Counted from the first letter of the stretch, positions 11,075-22,406 are shown. The stretch: DNA of 64,000 bases from Macrostomum lignano (GCA_002269645.1 NIVC01001567.1:1-64000), one strand, 5' to 3'. The notes: generated by a model not told the origin, from the sequence alone. A program made the numbers and translations.

Positions 11075-11702
11075 CAAGGCCGCACTTCGCCAGCACAACC
11101 GCAGGTTGACCAGCCGCTTCCTCCTCCGTGTACCTCGCCAGCACCTCGGCGCTGTCGGCAGCAGCAGCAGCGGGGTCCTGATTGTCGGGCACGAACTTGG
11201 GTCCTCCGTTAAAGTACACGTGCACTTTATTGTCACCCTCGAATACAGTGGCATTCTCAACAACTCGCGCTCCGGCCAGCGACTTGTAGTCGAAACCGGG
11301 GAACACCGGGCCCACCGCTAGGCCCCTGTACAGACCGAGCCGCGAGCCTAGGACCTCCAGTTCGGGATCGCCCTTGGCGAATTCGATCTCCCGACAGGCG
11401 AAGTAGGCACCGGCGCACATGCCGAGGTAGCCGCAGCTGCCAGACCTCACGCGGCGGGCCAAGTTAGCCATGCCGGCGGCTCCGAGGCGGCCCACGAAGC
11501 CGAGGTCGAAGCCGCCGGGAAAGGCGAACAGCTGAAACCGGCCCAGCGCCGTCAAGTCCTGGAATTCGGCGGCGTCGGCTGTGGTCGCGATTCGACACTC
11601 CCGACGTCGATTGGCAAAGTAGTCGGTCAGGAATGACAGGAGGTCCTCGCGAGCCTCAGCGTCAGCGCCTTCGCCAGTGTAGACAAGAGCTGAGATCATC
11701 AT
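11075..11702 (-). CDS. Biotin-protein ligase N-terminal (BPL_N, class I glutamine amidotransferase-like) domain exon; C-terminus not located
   Basis: MMISALVYTGEGAD..., FAFPGGFDLGF, GYLGMCAGAYFA (nucleophile-elbow Cys), GPVFPGFDY, VYFNGGPKF, VLARY. GC-rich; likely donor GTGAGC at 11074. Confidence 0.8.
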
Positions 11703-12107
11703 TGTCTCAGAGCGGTGGCAGTTGATTATTTTTGCGAGAAATTGACAAGGCCAAGTGCTCACTAAAAATGCTTATATACTCAGCGACAGTAAGCTACACT
11801 GGTTTCAGCTCATGAACTGATAAGGCAAGAACAGTTTTTTCATGTTCTATTTTTAGACTGTCGAAACCTTTCCTCTCACAGTGAGCTGGAGTTGGCTGCG
11901 TACACCCGCCAGTGCACGAATGATGCAAAGTCCGAGTTTTGTCCAAGGCTCTCTCACAGAGTTGATCAAGCTGTTCTGTTCCATTAAAACTCAATTAGAG
12001 AATGCGGGGGGGCATCGGCAAGGATTTTATTGTAGGGGGACAAATCCAAGAATTTCACATGTACATGAATGAATTCCTAGAAGTTCATTATTTTGCGAAT
12101 AGGTGTT

Positions 12108-12950
12108 TTCAGCACTCATTCTGGCGCCGCAGGCACTCATTTTGGCGCCGCAGGCACTCATTTTTGCGCAAGAGACAGGCACTCATTTTGGCGCCGCAGG
12201 CACTCATTTTGGCGCCGCAGACAGGCACTCATTTTGGCGCCACAGACAGGTACTCATTTTGTCGCAAGAGACAGGCACTCATTTTGGCGCCGCAGGCACT
12301 CATTTTGGCGCCGCAGGCACTCATTTTGGCGCCGCAGGCACTCATTTTGGCGCCGCAGGCACTCATTTTGGCGCCGCAGGCACTCATTTTGGCACCGCAG
12401 GCACTTATTTTGGCGCCACAGGCACTCATTTTGGCGCCGCAGGAACTTATTTTGGCGCCACAGGCACTCATTTTGGCGCCGCAGGAACTCATTTTGGCGC
12501 TACAGATAGGCACTCATTTTGGCGCAAGAGACAGGCACTCATTTTGGCGCAAGAGACAGGCACTCATTTTGGCGCAAGAGACAGGCACTCATTTTGGCGC
12601 AAGAGACAGGCACTCATTTTGGCGCAAGAGACAGGCACTCATTTTGGCGCAAGAGACAGGCACTCATTTTGGCGCCGCAGGAACTCATTTTGGCGCTACA
12701 GATAGGCACTCATTTTGGCGCAAGAGACAGGCACTCATTTTGGCGCCGCAGGAACTCATTTTGGCGCTACAGATAGGCACTCATTTTGGCGCAAGAGACA
12801 GGCACTCATTTTGGCGCCGCAGGCACTCATTTTGGCACCGCAGGAACTTATTTTGGCGCCACAGGCACTCATTTTGGCGCCGCAGGAACTCATTTTGGCG
12901 CCACAGATAGGCACTCATTTTGGCGCCGCAGGAACTCAGTTTGGTGCCCT
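12108..12950 (+). repeat. 21/25-bp satellite (GGCACTCATTTTGGCGCCGCA / GGCACTCATTTTGGCGCAAGAGACA)
   Basis: Tandem units visible. The array lies inside a segment with G-rich/C-rich degenerate ends (~12003 and ~13035) that may be a MITE. Confidence 0.95.
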
Positions 12951-13419
12951 GAAACAAAATTATTGATTTTCACATCGGGTCACAAGGTCGGGTGGCTTTT
13001 ACTGGGGGGGGGGCATATCCCCCTGTCCCCCCTCCCGGTGTCGACGCCCCTGATCAAATGTTCAGTAGTAGCTATCGAACTTTTTGCGCTAATTTTTCTC
13101 TGTTTCGTTTTGCAATGCAAAAATGCAAATCTTTGCGAAAACTGACCAGGTGCTGCGACCTTCAGTGTCTGCTAGTTTTAAATTTGATCCCGGCAGTTAG
13201 AAGCACAACACTGGTTTTCTTTGTTTACTCTGGGTGACTTCTAGCAGTGTTAAATTTGATCCGTCACTGGAAAAAGTTAGGAAATATGAGTAGAGGTCAG
13301 TTATCTAACGAGCAACTAACAAATTTTAAACTTGAATTCAATTATTCTTGTAAGCTGAACAAACCAAATTGCATGCCTTTTGAGTTACTGGGTTTTTTCA
13401 ATTCAAACTACCTCAAAAC

Positions 13420-13887
13420 CCGACACCCAAACTGCGCCCTGACAACCAAACTGCGCCCTGACAACCAAACTGCGCCCTGACACCCAAACTGCGCCCTGAC
13501 AACCAAACTGCGCCCTGACACCCAAACTGCGCCCTGACACCCAAACTGCGCCCTGACACCCAAACTGCGCCCTGACACCCAAACTGCGCCCTGACACCCA
13601 AACTGCGCCCTGACACCCAAACTGAGCCCTGACACCCAAACTGCGCCCTGACAACCAAACTGCGCCCTGACACCCAAACTGCGCCCTGACACCCAAACTG
13701 CGCCCTGACACCCAAACTGCGCCCTGACACCCAAACTGCGCCCTGACACCCAAACTGCGCCCTGACACCCAAACTGAGCCCTGACACCCAAACTGAGCCC
13801 TGACACTCAAACTGAGCCCTGACACCCAAACTGAGCCCTGACACCCAAACTGAGCCCTGACACCCAAACTGAGCCCTGACACCCAAA
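13420..13887 (+). repeat. 19-bp minisatellite CCCTGACACCCAAACTGCG
   Basis: About 24 near-perfect units. Confidence 0.97.
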
Positions 13888-14949
13888 TGCCGCAAATTTG
13901 CAACGTGTGATTTAGAGAAATAAAAAACGACAATAGTACTCTCAACTATAGCTAAGCTATCTATTCATAACAAAAATTTAAATGTAATTCTGCGGACTAT
14001 ACAAAACTCTAAAAGCGCGTTACATCGTCGACTCGTCGCATTGACGAAGTGAAAGGAAAAAAATACAAAAAAGTGATGTAGAGAAAAATAAAAGGAACCA
14101 TCTGGTCTACATTCTAAATTTGGTGCGCAGAGCCCAAACGGGTGGGCATTTTATTTAGTTTAAAGCAATTAGGGGCCTGGGTTTACTGCAGCGCGTAGGG
14201 GGTGGACTGCGCGACTGAGAAAATAGGCGAGATTGAAGAGCCAATCAGAGGCAGCGAGGGAGAGAGATAAGAATAACAAGACTGAACTGGACAGACAGGG
14301 AGAGAAAAGTGCAAATGAACTGAAGAAATGACTAAGAAAGTCACGACACAGACCCCAAAATGATGCGCTGAACTTTGAATTCGATAAAAGTAAGAATAAT
14401 TTAAATTAGACAGCGAATTCCAATAGGTGCACAAAACGATTAGAATAGAAGGTACAACATTACTGTGAATACAAAACTTGTGGCGAAGTAGTGAATGCAA
14501 AATTGATTAAAAGCTTTAGCAAGTTCGATTTTATAGGAATAAATTGTTAAAAACTGAATAAATCTACCCTCCCTTCAAAGTCTTTCATTTTTAATTGATG
14601 ACAGCTAGTATAGTATTGGGGAATAAAATCCCGGGATCCCAAGATTTTGATTAGGCCTAAATCCCGGGATTGACCATCGGGATCCCGATCCCGCTTTGCA
14701 ATAATTCAATAATTCATTCTCGAGTAGTAGTATCTACAGTACAGTGAGATACTTGTCAGGTGAACATCATAAGCCAGTTGTCCTACTTTGATTTCTTCAT
14801 CTTTTAAGCATGCAGGCTAGTGAGAAGGCTATAGGGCTGCTGGGATACAAAACAGAAGCTGTTAGCAGGTCGTAAGGGTATTTAAGATGTAAAAATGTAA
14901 AACTACTAGTGTATGCAGTTCCTACCTTCAAAACTCCTTGGCCGTAGTA

Positions 14950-15650
14950 GGGCTTGATGATAGTCTCCGCTGCCGTCGATTTCTGCATCAGATGCACCTC
15001 TGGCCATTTAGAAAAGGCATCGACCAGCAGTGCGTACGTGGATGGATGGATGTGCGTACGTGCCGTTTTTGAGCGGTCCTGCGAAGTCTCTGTAGACTCG
15101 ACTACAGCGGTCGATTTCGTCTGCAGCCAAGACTCCACAGTGAGGTCTTGTGTGGTCCCTCCCTCTGCGGCAACCTGGAGCCAAGGCTGCTCCAACGACG
15201 TTGGTTACGCAGCCACAATTTTCTTGATGATGCTTTCGTGAAACATTCCTATGATTCTTCTGCGCTCCTACAGAGCACACGACACCTCTCGCCAGTTCAG
15301 GGGCCGTGAGTTTTCCAGGGGCGTCGCCAAGATTATTATTTAGAGGTGGGACGGTTTTGAAAAGTAGGCGCCATTCCATTTTAGGAGGCTGCATTTTTTT
15401 AGTTGAAGGGCAGCCTATTTTATTTGAAGTTCGAGATTTTGTTTCACGAGAAGCCATAACTTATTTGACGAGTGAGGATGGCCCCTCCTGGTGATTGCAG
15501 CAGGGCTTTCAGACTTCTAGTATCCGTGCCTTACCAACCCTTCAACTCTTCAAGCATATCGGAAGTGGACCCATTCATTCAAAGTCAAAGGTCGCCAACC
15601 CCAATTCGATAGTTTTGTTTCCGTGTCTCTGATGCACTGAACACAGTTCG
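14950..15650 (-). pseudogene. Degenerate Ty3/Gypsy pol remnant (RNase H end to integrase start)
   Basis: Broken frames give RVYRDFAGPLKNGTY and ALLVDAFSKWPEVHLMQKSTAAET, typical of the Gypsy integrase core start. Multiple frameshifts. Confidence 0.7.
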
Positions 15651-16157
15651 GAAACTGCATGCATAAAAAACGCATGCTACGTGTTGTCTACTGGTCCATT
15701 ATGGTTAAAATAGAGCCGTAATGCTGATAGAATGCTGCTGCTGCTGCTCCAATAAAACAATCCTATTTGCTCCTGCGCACTGCACAAGCAAATACCAGTC
15801 CTGCCTAAACTGAGTACATATCGGAGCAGTTTGTAGGATCTCTGTTGAGTAAACGCCCCAAGCAGCAACATTAAGCAAATAGTGAAATCTAAAAGCTGCA
15901 GTGAGTTCCGAGAAACTTACAATCCGAAAGAAAATAAAAAAAATTGCAGATGATTTTCCAACAGTGGGCAGCATCTACTGCATCCCAGAACACGGAAAGC
16001 CAATCCGCAGCATCTGCAAACAGACCGCTAATGGTCCAGCCCATTAACGACAGGGGTAAAATATGGAAGAAAGCCCCCAAAACTCTCTCAATACTGATAG
16101 CTTTGAGTATTGAAGCCAATACGCTCATATTTTCTCTAATACACAGTAAATGGAAAA

Positions 16158-17183
16158 ATGGTTGCTGCACTGCCGGTAATTCTGTTAGCCTGGACTTCTG
16201 CTGTGGTTTTCGCTGCAGGCTGCAGCAGACGCTGGTGCCAGTACCGGATGCCGCACTGCCTCAACGAGACCTCGGCGCTGACTCGATGGAGCTCGCAAAG
16301 CCTGCAAGCCTGCGTGTTGAAAGCGAGCAGCGAGCCTGACGACCTGGTGCTTGAGTGGAACAAGCAGACAGGTGTGTGCTCGCTCTTCCACTACCAGCAG
16401 GTGTGTCGCACGATGCAGGCAAGCGGTGCCGTCGCGATCGGAGCTGGAGCTGCAGTGCAGCAGTCGCAGTGCTCGGTGTATCGCGCGTTGTCGTTGGCGA
16501 GCTGCGACGCCTCGCTCGACGCTCAGCTGGTGGGCGTGTGGCTGGCAGGTGGGAGCAGCCGGTTCAGCAACCTGGTGTGCCAGAGCGACAGCGGCGGCGG
16601 CGGCGGCAGCCACCGACTGGAGAGCGCGAACCTGCAGTGGACTGAGGAGGGCGCCCGCTTCGACGGGACATCGTCGTACGCGCTGCTCAACGACAGTCGC
16701 TTCGTCTCGAGCGACCCGTCGGCCAGCTTCACTTGGCTAATGAGGCTCAAGAGGCAGCCGAGGCTTCAGCCCTTCATGGAGGCTGTGCCCTGCTCGGATT
16801 TTTCTGCATTCGGACCTCACCTGTGGGAGTTCGATGCGATTGGAAGGTTGTACTTCAGCACCATTAGCACCACTGTTAACCGGCATTTTACGATGCTCTC
16901 TAATTTGAACGCAATTTCTGCCAACGCGAGCACAATGATTGACATCGGAGTCTCCATCGGATCAAGCCAGTCGTTCCATGCCTTCTACCTGAACGGGGAA
17001 TTTATCAGCACTGCTTCAAGCAGACTGAAACGCAGGACTTCGTTCCCGTGCTACATCGTGTCTGTCGGCCGCCGGTTCGGCGAGGGCGGCGCCTTCCTGC
17101 AGGGAGTTGTGCGGGCTGTGGCGATCGCCAACGCCTCGCTGACTGAGCAGCAGATGAGAGACTTCTTCAGCACTGTGCCGTAG
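16158..17183 (+). CDS. Secreted PAN/Apple-like + LamG/pentraxin-like protein, copy 1 (5' type X, 3' type A)
   Basis: Intronless 341 aa with a hydrophobic signal peptide and Cys-rich N-region. LamG-like motifs GARFDGTSSY, SFTWLMRL, FYLNGEF, LQGVVRAVAIANASLT. Four paralogues in the window. Confidence 0.85.
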   Translation: MVAALPVILLAWTSAVVFAAGCSRRWCQYRMPHCLNETSALTRWSSQSLQACVLKASSEPDDLVLEWNKQTGVCSLFHYQQVCRTMQASGAVAIGAGAAVQQSQCSVYRALSLASCDASLDAQLVGVWLAGGSSRFSNLVCQSDSGGGGGSHRLESANLQWTEEGARFDGTSSYALLNDSRFVSSDPSASFTWLMRLKRQPRLQPFMEAVPCSDFSAFGPHLWEFDAIGRLYFSTISTTVNRHFTMLSNLNAISANASTMIDIGVSIGSSQSFHAFYLNGEFISTASSRLKRRTSFPCYIVSVGRRFGEGGAFLQGVVRAVAIANASLTEQQMRDFFSTVP

Positions 17184-17668
17184 ACTTGTAATGACGAATA
17201 TTCTCCCGCTGTCTAAAAGACTTTTTGATAATTTTGTATTTACTGTTTTGGTGTCCAAAAGAAACCTTAGAATTGAAAACATAAAAAGGTTTTTAGACTA
17301 GATGTATCAGTGGGTAATCAAGATTCTTAGCTCCCTGATATTCGTCAGATCACTCTATTTACGCTTGTTTTCAGTGTGCCCCAGCATCGTGAGCGCAGTG
17401 GTATCCGTTTTGTTAACCAAGGGCGTTGCGACCTCATTTTCGAGACCTAAGTGTGTTGTCAAAAGAATTTTGAATATCCGTTTTGCGACTCTACGGACTC
17501 TGCGACTGTGTCCGAAATTCTCTGACTGTCTGTTTAAAGTAGTAAAACACATATTATTACTTCATCTTGTCCCATAATCAAATTTATTGATTCTTATTTC
17601 AGATTTTTCAAGTTTCTATCATTCCCTATTTTAAATTTATGCTTGTTTGTGACTTTTGAGACAGCCCT

Positions 17669-18706
17669 ATGACACCGGCACAAGAGACAATGACAGCGGC
17701 CCTAGAGACAATGACAGCGGCACTAGAGACAATGACACCGGCCGTAGAGACAATGACACCGGCACTAGAGACAATGACACCGGCCCTAGAGACAATGACA
17801 CCGGCCGTAGAGACAATGACACCGGCCCTAGAGACAGTGACACCGGCCCTAGAGACAGTGACACCGGCCCTAGAGACAATGACACCGGCCCTAGAGACAG
17901 TGACACCGGCCCTAGAGACAGTGACACCGGCCCTAGAGACAATGACACCGGCCCTAGAGACAATGACACCGGCCCTAGAGACAATGTCACCGGCCCTAGA
18001 GACAGTGACACCGGCCCTAGAGACAGTGACACCGGCACAAGAGACAATGACAACGGCCCTAGAGACAATGACACCGGCCCTAGAGACAGTGACACCGGCC
18101 CTAGAGACAATAACAGCGACCTTAGTAGTGACAATGACACCGGCACAAGAGACAGTGACACCGGCCCTAGAGACAGTGACACCGGCACAAGAGACAATGA
18201 CACCGGCCCTAGAGACAATGACACCGGCCCTAGAGACAGTGACACCGGCCCTAGAGACAATAACAGCGACCTTAATAGTGACAATGACACCGGCAATAGA
18301 GACAATGACACCGGCCCTAGAGACAGTGACAACGGCCCTAGAGACAATGACACCGGCCCTAGAGACAGTGACACCGGCCCTAGAGACAATGACACCGGCC
18401 CTAGAGACAGTGACACCGGCACAAGAGACAACGACACCGGCACAAGAGACAATGACACCGGCCCTAGAGACAATGACACCGGCCCAAGAGACAATGACAC
18501 CGGCCCTAGAGACAATGACACCGGCCCAAGAGACAATAACAGCGACCTTAATAATGACAATGACACCGGCCCAAGAGACAATAACAGCGACCTTAATAAT
18601 GACAATGACACCGGCCCAAGAGACAATAACAGTGACCTTAATAATGACAATGACACCGGCCCAAGAGACAATAATAGCGACCTTAATAATGACAATGACA
18701 CCGGCG
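17669..18706 (+). repeat. 21-bp minisatellite GACACCGGCCCTAGAGACAAT with a derived 45-bp unit at the 3' end
   Basis: Tandem units. The last four periods add AACAGCGACCTTAATAATGACAAT. Confidence 0.97.
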
Positions 18707-19210
18707 CAATGGCCTGGAGCCTATATATAAATCTGAAAGGTAAAGTGCAGCGATTTTTGCTAGCTGATAAGTTATTGATCTCTTGTGTCTGTTTTTCCAA
18801 CCTGATTTGGTTGAAAAGTCTATTTAATTAAAACCCGAAGTTTCAAAAAAGAAGTTAAACATGTCAAATAGCCAACAACTGATAGGCACGCTTTCATACA
18901 CAAAATTGTTTTCTTGCTTGCTTTGAAAAATTATTCGATTTTGACTCGCTTGTCCAGCGCTTTCTGTCATCGAGATTGCGAGTGTAAAAATATCGAACTA
19001 ATAAACTCTGGAAATTGTTTAGAAATCTTCTATATTTCTGCCAGCCACTTTCACTAAAAAAGTCTAGCATCACAGAAAATGTACAACACTTTTTTGCATT
19101 TTGATTAGTAATTAATTAATCTATCTGTTCGATGAGAGCGAACATCCAGGACCATCCAGAACGCTTTACTGCAGCTTCAAATTGACCTTAAGATACGTTT
19201 TAAACATTGT

Positions 19211-20236
19211 CTACGGCACAGTGCTGAAGAAGTTTCTCATCTGCTGCTCAGTCAGCGAGGCGTTGGCGATGGCCACAGCCCGCACCACTCCCTGCAGGAA
19301 GGCGCCGCCCTCAGCGAACCGGCGGCCAACAGACACGATGTAGCACGGGAACGAAGTCCTGTGTTTCAGTCCGCTTGAAGCAGTGCTGATAAATTCCCCG
19401 TTCAGGTAGAAGGCATGGAACGACTGGCTTGATCCGATGGAGACTCCGATGTCAATCATTGTGCTCGCGTTGGCAGAAATTGCGTTCAAGTTGGAAAACA
19501 TCTCGAAATGCCGGTTAACAGTGGTGCTGATCGTGCTGAAGTACATCCTTCCAATCGCATCGTACTCCCACAGGTGAGGTCCGAATGCAGAAAAATCCGA
19601 GCAGGGCAGAGCCTCCATGAAGGGCTGAAGCCTCGGCTCCCTCCTGAGCCTCATCAGCCACGTGAAGCTGGCCGACGGGTCGCTCGAGACGAAGCGGCTG
19701 TCGTTGAGCAGCGCGTACGACGATGTCCCGTCGAAGCGGGCGCCCTCCTCAGTCCACTGCAGGTTCGCGCTCTCCAGTCGGTGGCTGCCGCCGCCGCCGC
19801 TGTCGCTCTGGCACACCAGGTTGCTGAACCGGCTGCTCCCACCTGCCAGCCACACGCCCACCAGCTGAGCGTCGAGCGAGGCGTCGCAGCTCGCCAACGA
19901 CAACGCGCGATACACCGAGCACTGCGACTGCTGCACTGCAGCTCCAGCTCCGATCGCGACGGCACCGCTTGCCTGCATCGTGCGACACACCTGCTGGTAG
20001 TGGAAGAGCGAGCACACACCTGTCTGCTTGTTCCACTCAAGCACCAGGTCGTCAGGCTCGCTGCTCGCTTTCAACACGCAGGCTTGCAGGCTTTGCGAGC
20101 TCCATCGAGTCAGCGCCGAGGTCTCGTCGAGGCAGTGCGGCATCCGGTACTGGCACCAGCGCCTGCCGCAGCTTGCAGAGGCTCCAATGACTGCACCAAA
20201 AGTCAGAATTACCATCAAGGAAGAGAGCATCATCAT
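19211..20236 (-). CDS. Secreted PAN/Apple-like + LamG-like protein, copy 2 (5' type Y, 3' type A)
   Basis: 341 aa; unique signal peptide MMMLSSLMVILTFGAVIGASAS; core near-identical to copy 1; C-terminus ...FFSTVP. Confidence 0.85.
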   Translation of the reverse strand: MMMLSSLMVILTFGAVIGASASCGRRWCQYRMPHCLDETSALTRWSSQSLQACVLKASSEPDDLVLEWNKQTGVCSLFHYQQVCRTMQASGAVAIGAGAAVQQSQCSVYRALSLASCDASLDAQLVGVWLAGGSSRFSNLVCQSDSGGGGSHRLESANLQWTEEGARFDGTSSYALLNDSRFVSSDPSASFTWLMRLRREPRLQPFMEALPCSDFSAFGPHLWEYDAIGRMYFSTISTTVNRHFEMFSNLNAISANASTMIDIGVSIGSSQSFHAFYLNGEFISTASSGLKHRTSFPCYIVSVGRRFAEGGAFLQGVVRAVAIANASLTEQQMRNFFSTVP

Positions 20237-21627
20237 GGTTTGAGTCTTTGCGATATGCGGGTGAAATGACTTCTTTTATAGAGTTTTCTGCCATTGTAGA
20301 TTTAAAAAAACTTGTGTTCTTCTCGACAATTTTCTACGCTTTTCCAGATCATCTGACAATGTGGGCACCCCACTTCCGTTGGTTGGCTTCTTTTTGCCAT
20401 CAAGGCGGCTGCTTTTTCGTTGTTTTTTTGGAGTTCCGTATGCTTGCGCTTGTATTGCTTTAAGCTCTCGTGCAGACAATGGAATCAATGCAGTCAATTG
20501 AATAAGCTTTTTGTCAGTGATTGTGTGATAAGAAGCCTGTTGCAGTGTTGATGCACAGTTTTTAAACCGGAAGAGTTTCCGTGGCTTCATGGGTGAATCA
20601 GAATCTATTGTTGTTGCGATGCAATTTTTTGCTTCTGTATAATCCATGAATTAAAAGATTGTTTCTTTTTAACTTGTATTGTCTTTTCGGTCTTCTGTCT
20701 TGAAGAACTCCAGCCTTGAGTTCGTTAGCAGCGTAGACACTTCATGATTCGATATTACAAGCACGCTTGAGTCCCGATGCGCGCGCGCTGTGTGAAGATG
20801 AGCAACTTAGATTGATTCATTCGACGAGGTTCAAGAACCTCATCGCTCCATCGTGCTCAGAGACTGTTTCGATCTCATAGATCTCAAATGCTCAAAAATA
20901 GTTGTTACCCCGAGACTTTCCTGCAACTGTAAATTAAAATTACGAATGCGTAAGGATACTCTTTGCCAGCTTACAATCACTCAGCTATTCACAATTTTTT
21001 TCTGGCTACTGATAGTAGACCTGTAAAATGTTTGCCTGACGACGTCATGCAAACTGTGGTTATCGAAAAGTTCTCATTACTAAATTGAATTTTCCAGCTA
21101 AAGTCCGTAAAAGACTTGCCTCTGGAATTTCTTCTGTACCGCTGCGTAAAATGTTTTGGTCATGGAGTAGGAGACGATAATCCTGTATCAATCGTTTCAA
21201 CAAACTGTCATAGGAACTTTCTGGTGCTGCACTGATTTTAAACCGTTTCTGCCATGCTTGCAGCTTTTCTAGTCAAGTAGCACTGCAGGCTAATGTTCAA
21301 AACAGAGTTTAAAAAATTGACGTCACCTTTGCACGTGACTGAGACGTCATATCGCTATCCAACACTCGATGGTAAATACTGTGTAAGCATGTGGCAACTT
21401 TCGTAGAGATCAATTTACCAAGGTGGATTTCCTCTATTTGCTAAAAGATTAATGTAATGAAAATAAATTCTAGTTTCTTTGTAAAATCGACCGAGTAGGA
21501 CTTACCTGTAAAAAATAACGAGAAAAAAAGGAAGCTTATGCTGAAGTAATGTTGTACTTCGCAGGTCAAGAGCCTGGAGCTTTCAATGACCATATAGTTG
21601 TGACACAGTGTGACCTTACTAGGATGA

Positions 21628-21742
21628 TCCACTCAAGCACCAGGTCGTCAGGCTCGCTGCTCGCTTTCAACACGCAGGCTTGCAGGCTTTGCGAGCTCCA
21701 TCGATTCAGCGCCGAGGTCCCATTCAGTCAGTGCGGCATCCG
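21628..21742 (-). pseudogene. Orphan ~115-bp fragment of the shared core of the secreted family
   Basis: Matches the RMPHC...EPDDLVLEW coding segment with several substitutions; flanks are unrelated. Confidence 0.85.
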
Positions 21743-22406
21743 TGCCTTCTTCATTTTGCATCGGTCAGTGTTCTTTTCTAATTATTGTCTTCATTTTTTA
21801 GTCCAAGAAATGGTTACACTTTGCAGATGCTGATTTGCAGCCTCTGGGTTTTCTCCCAGCATGATATTGAGTGCTTGCCCTAAGAGTACCACTGTACAGA
21901 GTCAGCCTCAATCTGGGTAGAATACTCAGGTTGAGATGGGTCTGAGATGGGTCATTACAGCTCATGAGGGAACTCTCATGACACCCATTCTCTCCCTGCT
22001 CATAAGTCTACGAGTATAGAATGAGTGAATTTCCAACGCCTCACGTGAGCGGGTTGGAAGCAAAACAACTTGCCTATTATCTGACTACAACCATGTCTGT
22101 AATGTTGAACAGTAAACATGGCACTCAAGACAGTATGGCTATTACGTAACACACTTTCACTCATCACACTCTTTTCGCACATCTACGAAAGTAAGAAAAA
22201 ATTTACATTTCTCCAAAAATTATTCATGAATAAACAATAGGTTGTTTTAAAAAGTACACCTTAAAGATACATCCTCGATGCAGGAACCAAGAATAAATGT
22301 GCGTCTAAGAGGTCACTAACAAACAATACTAAAAGTTTTAATTAAAATTCTAAGTCACATAAAATTAATTGAGTTTAGATCGACGTCAAGAAAAATAGCT
22401 CCAGCA

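Noticed and set aside
12002-13945. Long ORFs across the 21/25-bp and 19-bp arrays
   Set aside because: They are translations of tandem repeats in several frames at once, with no start context or unique domain.
14625-14700. Cluster of GGGATCCC/CCCGGG palindromes (similar at 10885-10905)
   Set aside because: Could be a MITE remnant, but no TIR/TSD pair could be defined.
20276-20647. 123-aa basic ORF upstream of copy 2
   Set aside because: No recognisable domain or second copy; cannot be supported as a gene.
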